The notes under the pieces are model-generated. The model made no database searches. It saw only the letters and a list, made by a program, of their open reading frames with translations, and was not told the origin of the DNA. Of a stretch of 64,000 nt of DNA, positions 1 to 15,000 are shown in pieces. Position 1 is the stretch's first letter; every line of letters begins with the position of its first letter. The position numbers and the translations under genes were made by a program. This stretch comes from Mobula hypostoma. Lineage: Eukaryota. The DNA lies in assembly GCF_963921235.1 (NCBI RefSeq), contig NC_086108.1:46564001-46628000 (forward strand), read 5' to 3'.

Positions 1-3000
1 TGCCCTTCACCCCCACACTCCCACTGTTCCCATCTGCCCTTCAACCCCACACTCCCACTGTTCCCATCTACCCTTCACCCTCACACTCCCACTGTTCCCA
101 TCTGCCCTTCACCCTCACACTCCCACTGTTCCCATCTGCCCTTCACCCTCACACTCCCACTGTTCCCATCTACACTTCACCCTCACACTCCCACTGTTCC
201 CATCTGCCCTTCACCCTCACACTCCCACTGTTCCCATCTACCCTTCACCCCAACACTCCCACTGTTCCCATCTGCCCTTCACCCCCACACTCCCACTGTT
301 CCCATCTGCCCTTCACCCTCACACTCCCACTGTTCCCATCTACCCTTCACCCCCACACTCCCACTGTTCCCATCCACCCTTCACCCTCACACTCCCACTG
401 TTCCCATCCACCCTTCACCCTCACACTCCCACTGTTCCCATCTATCCTTCACCCCCACACTCCCACTGTTCCCATCTACCCTTCACCATCACACTCCCAC
501 TGTTCCCATCTACCCTTCACCCTCACACTCCCAGTGTTCCCATCTACCCTTCACCCTCACACTCCCACTGTTCCCATCTACCCTTCACCCTCACGCTCCC
601 ACTGTTCCCATCTACCCTTCAGCCCCACACTCCCACTGTTCCCATCTGCCCTTCACCCTCACACTCCCACTGTTCCCATCTACCCTTCACCCTCACACTC
701 CCACTGTTCCCATCTACCATTCACCCTCACACTCCCACTGTTCCCATCTGCCCTTCACCCTCACACTCCCACTGTTCCCATCTGCCCTTCACCCTCACAC
801 TCCCACTGTTCCCATCTGCCCTTCACCCTCACACTCCCAATGTTCCCATCTGCCCTTCACCCCCACAGTCCCACTGTTCCCATCTCCCCTTCACCCTCAC
901 ACTCCCACTCTTCCCATCGACCCTTCACCTCCACACTCCCACTGTTCCCATCTACCATTCACCCTCACACTCCCACTGTTCCCATGTACCCTTCACCCTC
1001 ACACTCCCACTGTTCCCATCTACCCTTCACCCTCACACTCCCACTGTTCCCATCTACCATTCACCCTCACACTCCCACTGTTCCCATCTACCCTTCACCC
1101 ACACACTCCCACTGTTCCCATCTGCCCTTCACCCCCACACTCCCACTGTTCCCATCTAACCTTCACACTCACACTCCCACTGATCCCATCTACCCTTCAC
1201 CCGCACACTCCCACTGTACCTCATCTGCCCTTCACCCGCACACTCCCACTGTTCCCAAATGCCCTTCACCCGCACACTCCCACTGTTCCCAAGTGCCCTT
1301 CACCCACACATTCCCACTGTTCCCATCTGCCCTTCACCCTCACACTCCCACTGTTCCCATCTACCCTTCACCCTCACACTCCCACTGTTCCCATCTGCCC
1401 TTCACCCCCACACTCCCACTGTTCCCATCTGCCCTTCACCCTCACACTCCCACTGTTCCCATCTACCCTTCACCCTCACACTCCCACTGTTCCCATCTGC
1501 CCTTCACCCCCACACTCCCACTGTTCCCATCTGCCCTTCACCCTCACACTCCCACTGTTCCCATCTACCCTTCACCCGCACACTCCCACTGTTCCCATCT
1601 GCCCTTCACCCTCACACTCCCACTGTTCCCATCTGCCCTTCACCCCCACACTCCCACTGTTCCCATCTATCCCTCACCCCCACACTCCCACTGTTCCCAT
1701 CTACCCTTCACCCTCACACTCCCACTGTTCCCATCTGCCCTTCACCCTCACACTCCCACTGTTCCCATCTGCCCTTCACCCTCACATTCCCACTGTTCCC
1801 ATCTACACTTCACCCTCACACTCCCACTGTTCCCATCTGCCCTTCACCCTCACACCACCACTGTACCCATCTGCCCTTCACCCTCACACTCCCACTGTTC
1901 CCATCTGCCCTTCACCCTCACACTCCCACTGTTCCCATCTGCCCTTCACCCTCACACTCCCACTGTTCCCATCTACCCTTCACCCTCACACTCCCACTGT
2001 TCCCATCTGACCTTCACCCTCACACTCCCACTGTTCCCACCCGCCCTTCACACTCACACTCGCACTGTTCCTATCCACCCTTCACCCCCACACTCCCACT
2101 GTTCCCACCTACCCTTCACCCGCACATTCCCACTATTCCCATCTGCCCTTCACCCTCACACTCCCACTGTTCCCATCTGCCCTTCACCCCTCACACTCCC
2201 ACTGTTCCCATCTATCCTTCACCCTCACACTCCCACTGTTCCCATCTGCCCTTCACCCCCACACTCGCACGGTTCCCATCAGCCCTTCACCCTCACACTC
2301 CCACTGTTCCCATCTACCATTCACCCTCACACTCCCACTGTTCCCATCTGCCCTTCACCCCCACACTCCCACTGTTCCCATCTACCCTTCACCCCCACAC
2401 TCCCACTGTTCCCATCTACCCTTCACCCTCACACTCCCACTGTTCCCATCTGCCCTTCACCCCCACACTCCCACGGTTCCCATCTGCCCTTCACCCTCAC
2501 ACTCCCACTGTTCCCATCTACCCTTCACCCTCACACTCCCACTGTTCCCATCTACCCTTCACCCTCACACTCCCACTGTTCCCATCTGCCCTTCACCCTC
2601 ACACTCCCACTATTCCCATCTGACCTTCACCCTCACACTCCCACTGTTCCCACCTGCCCTTCACACTCACACTCGCATTGTTCCCATCCACCCTTCACCG
2701 CCACACTCCCACTGTTCCCATCTGCCCTTCACACTCACACTCCCACTGATCCCATCTACCCTTCACCCGCACACTCCCACTGTTCCCATCTGCCATTCAC
2801 CCTCACACTCCCACTGTTCCCATCTGCCCTTCACCCCCACACTCCCACTGTTCCCATCTATCCTTCACCCTCACACTCCCACTGTTCCCATCTGCCCTTC
2901 ACCCCCACACTCCCACGGTTCCCATCTGCCCTTCACCCTCACACTCCCACTGTTCCCATCTACCCTTCACCCGCACATTCCCACTGTTCCCATCTGCCCT

Positions 3001-6000
3001 TCACCCTCACACTCCCACTGTTCCCATCTGCCCTTCACCCCCACACTCCCACTGTTCCCATCTATCCTTCACCCCCACACTCCCACTGTTCCCATCTACC
3101 CTTCACCCTCACACTCCCACTGTTCCCATCTGCCCTTCACCCCCACACTCCCACTGTTCCCATCTGCCCTTCACCCTCACACTCCCACTGTTCCCATCTG
3201 CCCTTCACCCGCACACTCCCACTGTTCCCATCTGCCCTTCACACCCACACTCCCACTGTTCCCATCTACCCTTCACCCTCACACTCCCACTGTTCCCATC
3301 TACCCTTCACCCTCACACTCCCACTGTTCCCATCTACCCTTCAGCCCCACACTCCCACTGTTCCCATCTACCCTTCACCCTCACACTCCCACTGTTCCCA
3401 TCTACCCTTCACCCTCACACTCCCACTGTTCCCATCTACCCTTCAGCCCCACACACCCACTGTTCCCATCTGCCCTTCACCCTCACACTCCCACTGTTCC
3501 CATCTACCCTTCACCCTCACACTCCCACTGTTCCCATCCACCATTCACCCTCACACTCCCACTGTTCCCATCTGCCCTTCACCCTCACACTCCCACTGTT
3601 CCCATCTGCCCTTCACCCCCACACTCCCACGGTTCCCATCTACCCTTCACCCTCACACCTCCACTGTTCCCATCTGCCCTTCACCCTCACACTCCCTCTG
3701 TTCCCATCTGCCCTTCACCCCCACACTCCCACGGTTCCCATCTGCCCTTCACCCCCACACTCCCACTGTTCCCATCTACCATTCACCCTCACACTCCCAC
3801 TGTTCCCATCTACCCTTCACCCTCACACTCCCACTGTTCCCATCTGCCCTTCACCCTCACACTCCCACTGTTCCCATCTACCATTCACCCTCACACTCCC
3901 ACTGTTCCCATCTACACTTCACCCCAACACTCCCACTGTTCCCATCTGCCCTTCAGCCCCACACTCCCACTGTTCCCATCTGCCCTTCACACTCACACTC
4001 CCACTGATCCCATCTACCCTTCACCCTCACACTCCCACTGTTCCCATCTACCCTTCAGCCCCACACTCCCACTGTTCCCATCTGCCCTTCACCCTCACAC
4101 TCCCACTGTTCCCATCTACCCTTCACCCTCACACTCCCACTGTTCCCATCCACCATTCACCCTCACACTCCCACTGTTCCCATCTGCCCTTCACCCTCAC
4201 ACTCCCACTGTTCCCATCTGCCCTTCACCCCCACACTCCCACTGTTCCCATCTACCCTTCACCCTCACACCTCCACTGTTCCCATCTGCCCTTCACCCTC
4301 ACACTCCCACTGTTCCCATCTGCCCTTCACCCCCACACTCCCACGGTTCCCATCTGCCCTTCACCCCCACACTCCCACTGTTCCCATCTACCATTCACCC
4401 TCACACTCCCACTGTTCCCATCTACCCTTCACCCTCACACTCCCACTGTTCCCATCTGCCCTTCACCCTCACACTCCCACTGTTCCCATCTACCATTCAC
4501 CCTCACACTCCCACTGTTCCCATCTACACTTCACCCCAACACTCCCACTGTTCCCATCTGCCCTTCAGCCCCACACTCCCACTGTTCCCATCTGCCCTTC
4601 ACACTCACACTCCCACTGTTCCCATCTACCCTTCACCCGCACACTCCCACTGTTCCCATCTGCCCTTCACCCGCACACTCCCACTGTTCCCAAATGCCCT
4701 TCACCCGCACACTCCCACTGTTCCCAAGTTCCCTTCACACGCACATTCCCACTGTTCCCATCTACCCTTCAACCTTACACTCCCACTGTTCCCATCTGCC
4801 GTTCACCCCACACTCCCACTGTTCCCATCTACCCTTCACCCTCACACTCCCACTGTTCCCATCTGCCCTTCACCCCCGCACTCCCACTGTTCCCACCCGC
4901 CCTTCACACTCACACTCGCACTGTTCCCATCTACCATTCACCCTCACACTCCCACTGTTCCCATCTGCCCTTCACCCTCACACTCCCACTGTTCCCATCT
5001 ACCCTTCACCCGCACATTCCCACTGTTCCCATCTGCCCTTCACCCTCACACTCCCACTGTTCCCATCTGCCCTTCACCCCCACACTCCCACTGTTCCCAT
5101 CTATCCTTCACCCCCACACTCCCACTGTTCCCATCTACCATTCACCCTCACACTCCCACTGTTCCCATCTGCCCTTCACCCTCACACTCCCACTGTTCCC
5201 ATCTGCCCTTCACCCTCACACTCCCACTGTTCCCATCTACCCTTCACCCTCACACTCCCACTGTTCCCATCTACCATTCACCCTCACACTCCCACTGTTC
5301 CCATCTGCCCTTCACCCTCACACTCCCACTGTTCCCATCTACCATTCACCCTCACACTCCCACTGTTCCCATCTGCCCTTCACCCTCACACTCCCACTGT
5401 TCCCATCTGCCCTTCACCCTCACACTCCCACTGTTCCCATCTGCCCTTCACCCTCACACTCCCACTGTTCCCATCTGCCCTTCACCCTCACACTCCCACT
5501 GTTCCCATCTGCCCTTCACCCCCACATTCCCACTGTTCCCATCTACCCTTCACCCTCAGACTCCCAGTTCCCATCTACCCTTCACCCCAACACTCCCACT
5601 GTTCCCATCTACCCCTCACCCTCACACTCCCAGTTCCCATCTACCCTTCACACTCACACTCCCACTATTCCCATCTACCCTTCACCCCCACACTCCAGCT
5701 GTTCCCATCTGCCCTTCACCCCCACACTCCCACTGTTCCCATCCACCCTTCACCCCCACACTCTCCACTGTTCCCATCTGCCCTTCACACTCACACTCCC
5801 ACTGATCCCATCTACCCTTCACCCGCACACTCCCACTGTTCCCATCTGCCCTTCACCCTCACACTCCCACTGTTCCCATCTGCCCTTCACCCCCACACTC
5901 CCACTGTTCCCATCTATCCTTCACCCCCACACTCCCACTGTTCGCATCTACCATTCACCCTCACACTCCCACTGTTCCCACCTGCCCTTCACCCTCACAC

Positions 6001-9000
6001 TCCCACTGCTCCCATCTGCCCTTCACCCTCACACTCCCACTGTTCCCATCTGCCCTTCACCCTCACATTCCCACTGTTCCCATCTACCCTTCACCCTCAC
6101 ACTCCCACTGTTCCCATCTGCCCTTCACCCTCACACCTCCACTGTACCCATCTGTCCTTCACCCTCACACTCCCACTGTTCCCATCTGCCCTTCACCCTC
6201 ACACTCCCAGTGTTCCCATCTGCCCTTCACCCTCACACTCCCACTGATCCCATCTACCCTTCACCCCCACACTACCACTGTTCCCATCTACCCTTCACCC
6301 TCACACTCCCACTGTTCCCATCTGCCCTTCACCCTCACAGTCCCACTGTTCCCATCTACCCTTCACCCCAACACTCCCACTGTTCCCATCTACCCTTCAC
6401 CCTCAGACTCCCAGTTCCCATCTACCCTTCACCCCAACACTCCCACTGTTCCCATCTACCCTTCACCCTCACACTCCCAGTTCCCATCTACCCTTCACCC
6501 CCACACTCCCACTGTTCCCATCCACCCTTCACCCTCACACTCCCACTATTCCCATCTATCCTTCACCCCCACACTCCCACTGTTCCCATCTGCCCTTCAC
6601 CCCCACACCTCCACTGTTCCCATCTGCCCTTCACCCTCACACTCCCACTATTCCCATCTGACCTTCACCCTCACACTCCCACTGTTCCCACCCGCCCTTC
6701 ACACTCACACTCGCACTGTTCCCATCTACCCTTCACCCCCACACTCCCACTGTTCCCATCTGCCCTTCACACTCACACTCCCACTGATCCCATCTACCCT
6801 TCACCCGCACACTCCCACTGTTCCCACGTGCCCTTCACCCGCACATTCCCACTGTTCCCATCTGCCCTTCACCCTCACACTACCACTGTTCCGATCTGCC
6901 CTTCACCCCCACACTCCCACTGTTCCCATCTACCCTTCACCCTCACACTCCCACTGTTCCCATCTACCCTTCACCCCCACACTACCACTATTCCAATCTG
7001 CCCTTCACCCCCACACTCCCACTGTTCCCATCTGCCCTTCACCCTCACATTCCCACTGTTCCCATCTACCCTTCACCCTCACACTCCCACTGTTCCCATC
7101 TGCCCTTCACCCTCACACCTCCACTGTACCCATCTGCCCTTCACCCTCACACTCCCAGTGTTCCCATCTGCCCTTCACCCTCACACTCCCACTGATACCA
7201 TCTACCCTTCACCCCCACACTACCACTGTTCCCATCTACCATTCACCCTCACACTCCCACTGTTCCCATCTGCCCTTCACCCTCACAGTCCCACTGTTCC
7301 CATCTACCCTTCACCCCAACACTCCCACTGTTCCCATCTACCCTTCACCCTCAGACTCCCAGTTCACATCTACCCTTCACCCCAACACTCCCACTGTTCC
7401 CATCCACCCTTCACCCTCACACTCCCACTATTCCCATCTACCCTTCACCCCCACACTCCCACTGTTCCCATCTGCCCTTCACCCCCACGCCTCCACTGTT
7501 CCCATCTGCCCTTCACCCTCACACTCCCACTATTCCCATCTGACCTTCACCCTCACACTCCCACTGTTCCCATCTACCCTTCACCCTCACACTCCCACTG
7601 CTCCCATCTGCCCTTCACCCCCACACTCCCACTGTTCCCATCTGCCCTTCACCCTCACACTCCCACTGTTCCCATCTGCCCTTCACCCTCACACTCCCAC
7701 TATTCCCATCTGACCTTCACCCTCACACTCCCACTGTTCCCACCCGCCCTTCACACTCACACTCGCACTGTTCCCATCTACCCTTCACCCCCACACTCCC
7801 ACTGTTCCCATCTGCCCTTCACACTCACACTCCCACTGTTCCCATCTGCCCTTCACACTCACACTCCCACTGTTCCCATCTGCCCTTCACCCGCCCACTC
7901 CCACTGTTCCCACGTGCCCTTCACCCGCACATTCCCACTGTTCCCATCTGCCCTTCACCCTCACACTACCACTGTTCCGATCTGCCCTTCACCCCCACAC
8001 TCCCACTGTTCTCATCTACCCTTCACCCTCACACTCCCACTGTTCCCATCTACCCTTCACCCCCACACTACCACTATTCCGATCTGCCCTTCACCCCCAC
8101 ACTCCCACTGTTCCCATCTGCCCTTCACCCTCACATTCCCACTGTTCCCATCTACCCTTCACCCTCACACTCCCACTGTTCCCATCTGCCCTTCACCCTC
8201 ACACCTCCACTGTACCCATCTGCCCTTCACCCTCACACTCCCACTGTTCCCATCTGCCCTTCACCCTCACACTCCCAGTGTTCCCATCTGCCCTTCACCC
8301 TCACACTCCCACTGATACCATCTACCCTTCACCCCCACACTACCACTGTTCCCATCTACCCTTCACCCTCACACTCCCACTGTTCCCATCTGCCCTTCAC
8401 CCTCACAGTCCCACTGTTCCCATCTACCCTTCACCCCAACACTCCCACTGTTCCCATCTACCCTTCACCCTCAGACTCCCAGTTCACATCTACCCTTCAC
8501 CCCAACACTCCCACTGTTCCCATCCACACTTCACCCTCACACTCCCACTATTCCCATCTACCCTTCACCCCCACACTCCCACTGTTCCCATCTGCCCTTC
8601 ACCCCCACGCCTCCACTGTTCCCATCTGCCCTTCACCCTCACACTCCCACTATTCCCATCTGACCTTCACCCTCACACTCCCACTGTTCCCATCTACCCT
8701 TCACCCTCACACTCCCACTGCTCCCATCTGCCCTTCACCCCCACACTCCCACTGTTCCCATCTGCCCTTCACCCTCACACTCCCACTGTTCCCATCTGCC
8801 CTTCACCCTCACACTCCCAATGTTCCCATCTACCCTTCACCCCCACACTACCACTGTTCCCATCTGCCCTTCACCCCCACACTACCACTGTTCGCATCTA
8901 TCCTTCACCCCCACACTCCCACTGTTCCCATCTACCCTTCACCCTCACACTCCGACTGTTCCTATCTGCCCTTCACCTTCACACTCCCACTGTTCCCATC

Positions 9001-12000
9001 TGCCCTTCACCCTCACAATCCCACTGTTCCCATCTACCATTCACCCTCACCCTCCCACTGTTCCCATCTGCCCTTCACCCTCACACTCCCACTATTCCCA
9101 TCTGACCTTCACCCTCACACTCCCACTGTTCCCATCTACCCTTCACCCTCACACTCCCACTGCTCCCATCTGCCCTTCACCCCCACACTCCCACTGTTCC
9201 CATCTGCCCTTCACACTCACACTCCCACTGTTCCCATCTACCCTTCACCCTCACACTCCCAATGTTCCCATCTACCCTTCACCCCCACACTACCACTGTT
9301 CCCATCTGCCCTTCACCCCCACACTACCACTGTTCGCATCTATCCTTCACCCCCACACTCCCACTGTTCCCATCTACCCTTCACCCTCACACTCCCACTG
9401 TTCCTATCTGCCCTTCACCTTCACACTCCCACTGTTCCCATCTGCCCTTCACCCTCACATTCCCACTGTTCCCATCTACCATTCACCCTCACACTCCCAC
9501 TGTTCCCATCTCCCATTCACCCTCACCCTCCCACTGTTCCCATCTGCCCTTCACCCTCACACTCCCACTGTTTCCATCTGCCCTTCACCCTCACATTCCC
9601 ACTGTTCCCATCTACCATTCACCCTCACACTCCCACTGTTCCCATCTACCATTCACCCTCACAACTCCACTGTTCCCATCTGCCCTTCACCCTCACACTC
9701 CCACTGTTCCCATCTGCCCTTCACCCTCACATTCCCACTGTTCCCATCTACCATTCACCCTCACACTCCCACTGTTCCCATCTACCATTCACCCTCACAC
9801 TCCCACTGTTCCCATCTGCCGTTCACCTTCACACTCCCACTGTTCCCATCTACCATTCACCCTCACCCTCCCACTGTTCCCATCTGCCCTTCACCCTCAC
9901 ACTCCCACTGCTCCCATCTGCCCTTCACCCTCACACTCCCACTGTTCCCATCTGCCCTTCACCCTCACATTCCCACTGTTCCCATCTACCCTTCACCCTC
10001 ACACTCCCACTGTTCCCATCTGCCCTTCACCCTCACATCTCCACTGTACCCATCTGCCCTTCACCGTCACACTCCCACTGTTCCCATCTGCCCTTCACCC
10101 CCACACTCCCACGGTTCCCATCTGCCCTTCACCCCCACACTCCCACTGTTCCCATCTACCCTTCAGCCCCACACTCCCACTGTTCCCATCTACCCTTCAC
10201 CCTCACACTTCCACTGTTCCCATCTGCCCTTCACCCGCACACTCCCACTGTTCCCATCTACCCTTCACCCCAACACTCCCACTGTTCCCATCTGCCCTTC
10301 ACCCCCACACTCCCACTGTTCCCATCTATCCTTCACCCCCACACTCCCACTGTTCCCCTCTACCCTTCACCCTCACACTCCCACTGTTCCCATCTGCCCT
10401 TCACCCTCACAGTCCCACTGTTCCCATCTACCCTTCACCCCCACACTCCCACTGTTCCCATCTACCCTTCACCCTCACACTCCCACTGTTCCCATCCACC
10501 CTTCACCCTCACACTCCCACTGTTCCCATCTACCCTTCACCCCCACACTCCCACTTTTCCCATCTGCCCTTCACCCCCACACTCCCACGGTTCCCATCTG
10601 CCCTTCACCCTCACACTCCCACTGTTCCCATCTGCCCTTCACCCTCACACTCCCACTGTTCCCATCTGCCCTTCACCCGCACACTCCCACTGTTCCCATC
10701 TGCCCTTCACACCCACACTCCCACTGTTCCCATCTACCATTCACCCTCATACTCCCACTGTTCCCATCTACCCTTCACCCTCACACTCCCACTGTTCCCA
10801 TCTACCCTTCAGCCCCACACTCCCACTGTTCCCATCTGCCCTTCACCCTCACACTCCCACTGTTCCCATCTACCCTTCACCCTCACACTCCCACTGTTCC
10901 CATCTACCATTCACCCTCACACTCCCACTGTTCCCATCTGCCCTTCACCCTCACACTCCCACTGTTCCCATCTGCCCTTCACCCTCACACTCCCCCTGTT
11001 CCCATCTGCCCTTCACCCTCAGACTCCCACTGTTCCCATCTGCCCTTCACCCCCACACTCCCACTGTTCCCATCTACCCTTCACCCCCACACTCCCACTG
11101 TTCCCATCTACCCTTCACCCTCACACTCCCACTGTTCCCATCTGCCCTTCACCCCCACACTCCCACGGTTCCCATCTGCCCTTCACCCGCACACTCCACT
11201 GTTCCCATCTACCCTTCACCCCCACACTCCCACTGTTCCCATCTACCATTCACCCTCACACTCCCACTGTTCCCATCTACCCTTCACCCTCACACTCCCA
11301 CTGTTCCCATCTGCCCTTCACCCTCACACTCCCACTGTTCCCATCTGCCCTTCACCCCCACACTCCCACTGTTCCCATCGACCATTCACCCTCACACTCC
11401 CACTGTTCCCATCTACCCTTCACCCTCACACTCCCACTGTTCCCATCTGCCCTTCACCCTCACACTCCCACTGTTCCCATCTGCCCTTCACCCTCACACT
11501 CCCACTGTTCCCATCTACCATTCACCCTCACACTCCCACTGTTCCCATCTGCCCTTCACCCTCACACTCCCACTGTTCCCATCTGCCCTTCACCCCCACA
11601 CTCCCACGGTTCCCATCTGCCCTTCACCCTCACACTCCCACTGTTCCCATCTACCCTTCACCCCCACACTCCCACTGTTCCCATCTACCATTCACCCTCA
11701 CACTCCCACTGTTCCCATCTACCCTTCACCCTCACACTCCCACTGTTCCCATCTGTCCTTCACCCTCACACTCCCACTGTTCCCATCTGCCCTTCACCCT
11801 CACACTCCCACTGTTCCCCTCAGCCCGTAACCCTGAAACTCCTACTGTTCCCATCTACCCTTCACCCACACACTGACACTGTTCCTATCTGCCCTTCACC
11901 CGCACACTCCCAGTGTTCCCATCTACACTTCACCCTCACACTCCCACTGTTCCCATCTGCCCTTCACCCACACACTCCCACTGTTTACATCTACCCTTCA

Positions 12001-15000
12001 CCCTCACACTCCCACTGTTCACATCTGCCCTTCACCCCCACACTCCCACTGTTCCCATCTACCATTCACCCTCACACTCCCACTGTTCCCATCTCCCATT
12101 CACCCTCACCCTCCCACTGTTCCCATCTGCCCTTCACCCTCACACTCCCACTGTTTCCATCTGCCCTTCACCCTCACATTCCCACTGTTCCCATCTACCA
12201 TTCACCCTCACACTCCCACTGTTCCCATCTACCATTCACCCTCACACCTCCACTGTTCCCATCTGCCCTTCACCCTCACACTCCCACTGTTCCCATCTGC
12301 CCTTCACCCTCACATTCCCACTGTTCCCATCTACCATTCACCCTCACACTCCCACTGTTCCCATCCACCATTCACCCTCGCACTCCCACTGTTCCCATCT
12401 GCCGTTCACCTTCACACTCCCACTGTTCCCATCTACCATTCACCCTCACCCTCCCACTGTTCCCATCTGCCCTTCACCCTCACACTCCCACTGCTCCCAT
12501 CTGCCCTTCACCCTCACACTCCCACTGTTCCCATCTGCCCTTCACCCTCACATTCCCACTGTTCCCATCTACCCTTCACCCTCACACTCCCACTGTTCCC
12601 ATCTGCCCTTCACCCTCACACAACCACTGTACCCATCTGCCCTTCACCGTCACACTCCCACTGTTCCCATCTGCCCTTCACCCCCACACTCCCACGGTTC
12701 CCATCTGCCCTTCACCCCCACACTCCCACTGTTCCCATCTACCCTTCAGCCCCACACTCCCACTGTTCCCATCTACCCTTCACCCTCACACTTCCACTGT
12801 TCCCATCTGCCCTTCACCCGCACACTCCCACTGTTCCCATCTACCCTTCACCCCAACACTCCCACTGTTCCCATCTGCCCTTCACCCCCACACTCCCACT
12901 GTTCCCATCTATCCTTCACCCCCACACTCCCACTGTTCCCATCTACCCTTCACCCTCACACTCCCACTGTTCCCATCTGCCCTTCACCCTCACAGTCCCA
13001 CTGTTCCCATCTACCCTTCACCCCCACACTCCCACTGTTCCCATCTACCCTTCACCCTCACACTCCACTGTTCCCATCCACCCTTCACCCTCACACTCCC
13101 ACTGTTCCCATCTACCCTTCACCCCCACACTCCCACTGTTCCCATCTGCCCTTCACCCCCACACTCCCACGGTTCCCATCTGCCCTTCACCCTCACACTC
13201 CCACTGTTCCCATCTGCCCTTCACCCTCACACTCCCACTGTTCCCATCTGCCCTTCACCCGCACACTCCCACTGTTCCCATCTGCCCTTAACACCCACAC
13301 TCCCACTGTTCCCATCTACCATTCACCCTCACACTCCCACTGTTCCCATCTACCCTTCACCCTCACACTCCCACTGTTCCCATCTACCCTTCAGCCCCAC
13401 ACTCCCACTGTTCCCATCTGCCCTTCACCCTCACACTCCCACTGTTCCCATCTACCCTTCACCCTCACACTCCCACTGTTCCCATCTACCATTCACCCTC
13501 ACACTCCCACTGTTCCCATCTGCCCTTCACCCTCACACTCCCACTGTTCCCATCTGCCCTTCACCCCCACACTCCCACTGTTCCCATCTGCCCTTCACCC
13601 TCACACTCCCACTGTTCCCATCTACCCTTCACCCCCACACTCCCACTGTTCCCATCTACCATTCACCCTCACACTCCCACTGTTCCCATCTACCCTTCAC
13701 CCTCACACTCCCACTGTTCCCATCTGTCCTTCACCCTCACACTCCCACTGTTCCCATCTGCCCTTCACCCGCACACTCCCACTGTTCCCATCAGCCCGTA
13801 ACCCCCACACTCCCACTGTTCCCATCTGCCCTTCACCCCCACACTCCCACTGTTCCCATCTATCCTTCACCCCCACACTCCCACTGTTCCCATCTACCAT
13901 TCACCCTCACACTCCCACTGTTCCCATCTGCCCTTCACCCTCACACTCCCACTGTTCCCATCTGCCCTTCACCCTCACACTCCCACTGTTCCCATCTGCC
14001 CTTCACCCTCACACTCCCACTGTTCCCATCTACCCTTCACCCTCACACTCCCACTGTTCCCATCTGCCCTTCACCCTCACACTCCCACTGTTCCCATCTG
14101 CCCTTCACCCTCACACTCCCACTGTTCCCATCTGCCCTTCACCCTCACACTCCCACTGTTCCCATCTGCCCTTCACCCTCACACTCCCACTGTTCCCATC
14201 TACCCTTCACCCCCACACTCCCACTGTTCCCATCTGCCCTTCACCCTCACACTCCCACTGTTCCCATCTGCCCTTCACCCTCACACTCCCACTGTTCCCA
14301 TCTACCCTTCACCCCACACTCCCACTGTTCCCATCTACCCTTCACCCTCACACTCCCACTGTTCCCATCTACCCTTCACCCCACACTCCCACTGTTCCCA
14401 TCTACCCTTCACCCTCACACTCCCACTGTTCCCATCTACCCTTCACCCCCACACTCCCACTGTTCCCATCCACCCTTCACCCTCACACTCCCACTGTTCC
14501 CATCTATCCTTCACCCCCACACTCCCACTGTTCCCATCTGCCCTTCACCCCCACACCTCCACTGTTCCCATCTGCCCTTCACCCTCACACTCCCACTATT
14601 CCCATCTGACCTTCACCCTCACACTCCCACTGTTCCCATCTGCCCTTCACCCTCACACTCCCACTGTTCCCATCTACCCTTCACCCCCACACTCCCACTG
14701 TTCCCATCTGCCCTTCACCCTCACACTCCCACTGTTCCCATCTACCCTTCACCCTCACACTCCCACTGTTCCCATCTGCCCTTCACCCTCACACTCCCAC
14801 TGTTCCCATCTGCCCTTCACCCTCACACTCCCACTGTTCCCATCTGCCCTTCACCCCCACACTCCCACTGTTCCCATCTACCCTTCACCCTCACACTCCC
14901 ACTGTTCCCATCTACCCTTCACCCACACACTCCCACTGTTCCCATCTGCCCTTCACCCCCACACTCCCACTGTTCCCATCTGCCCTTCACCCTCACACTC

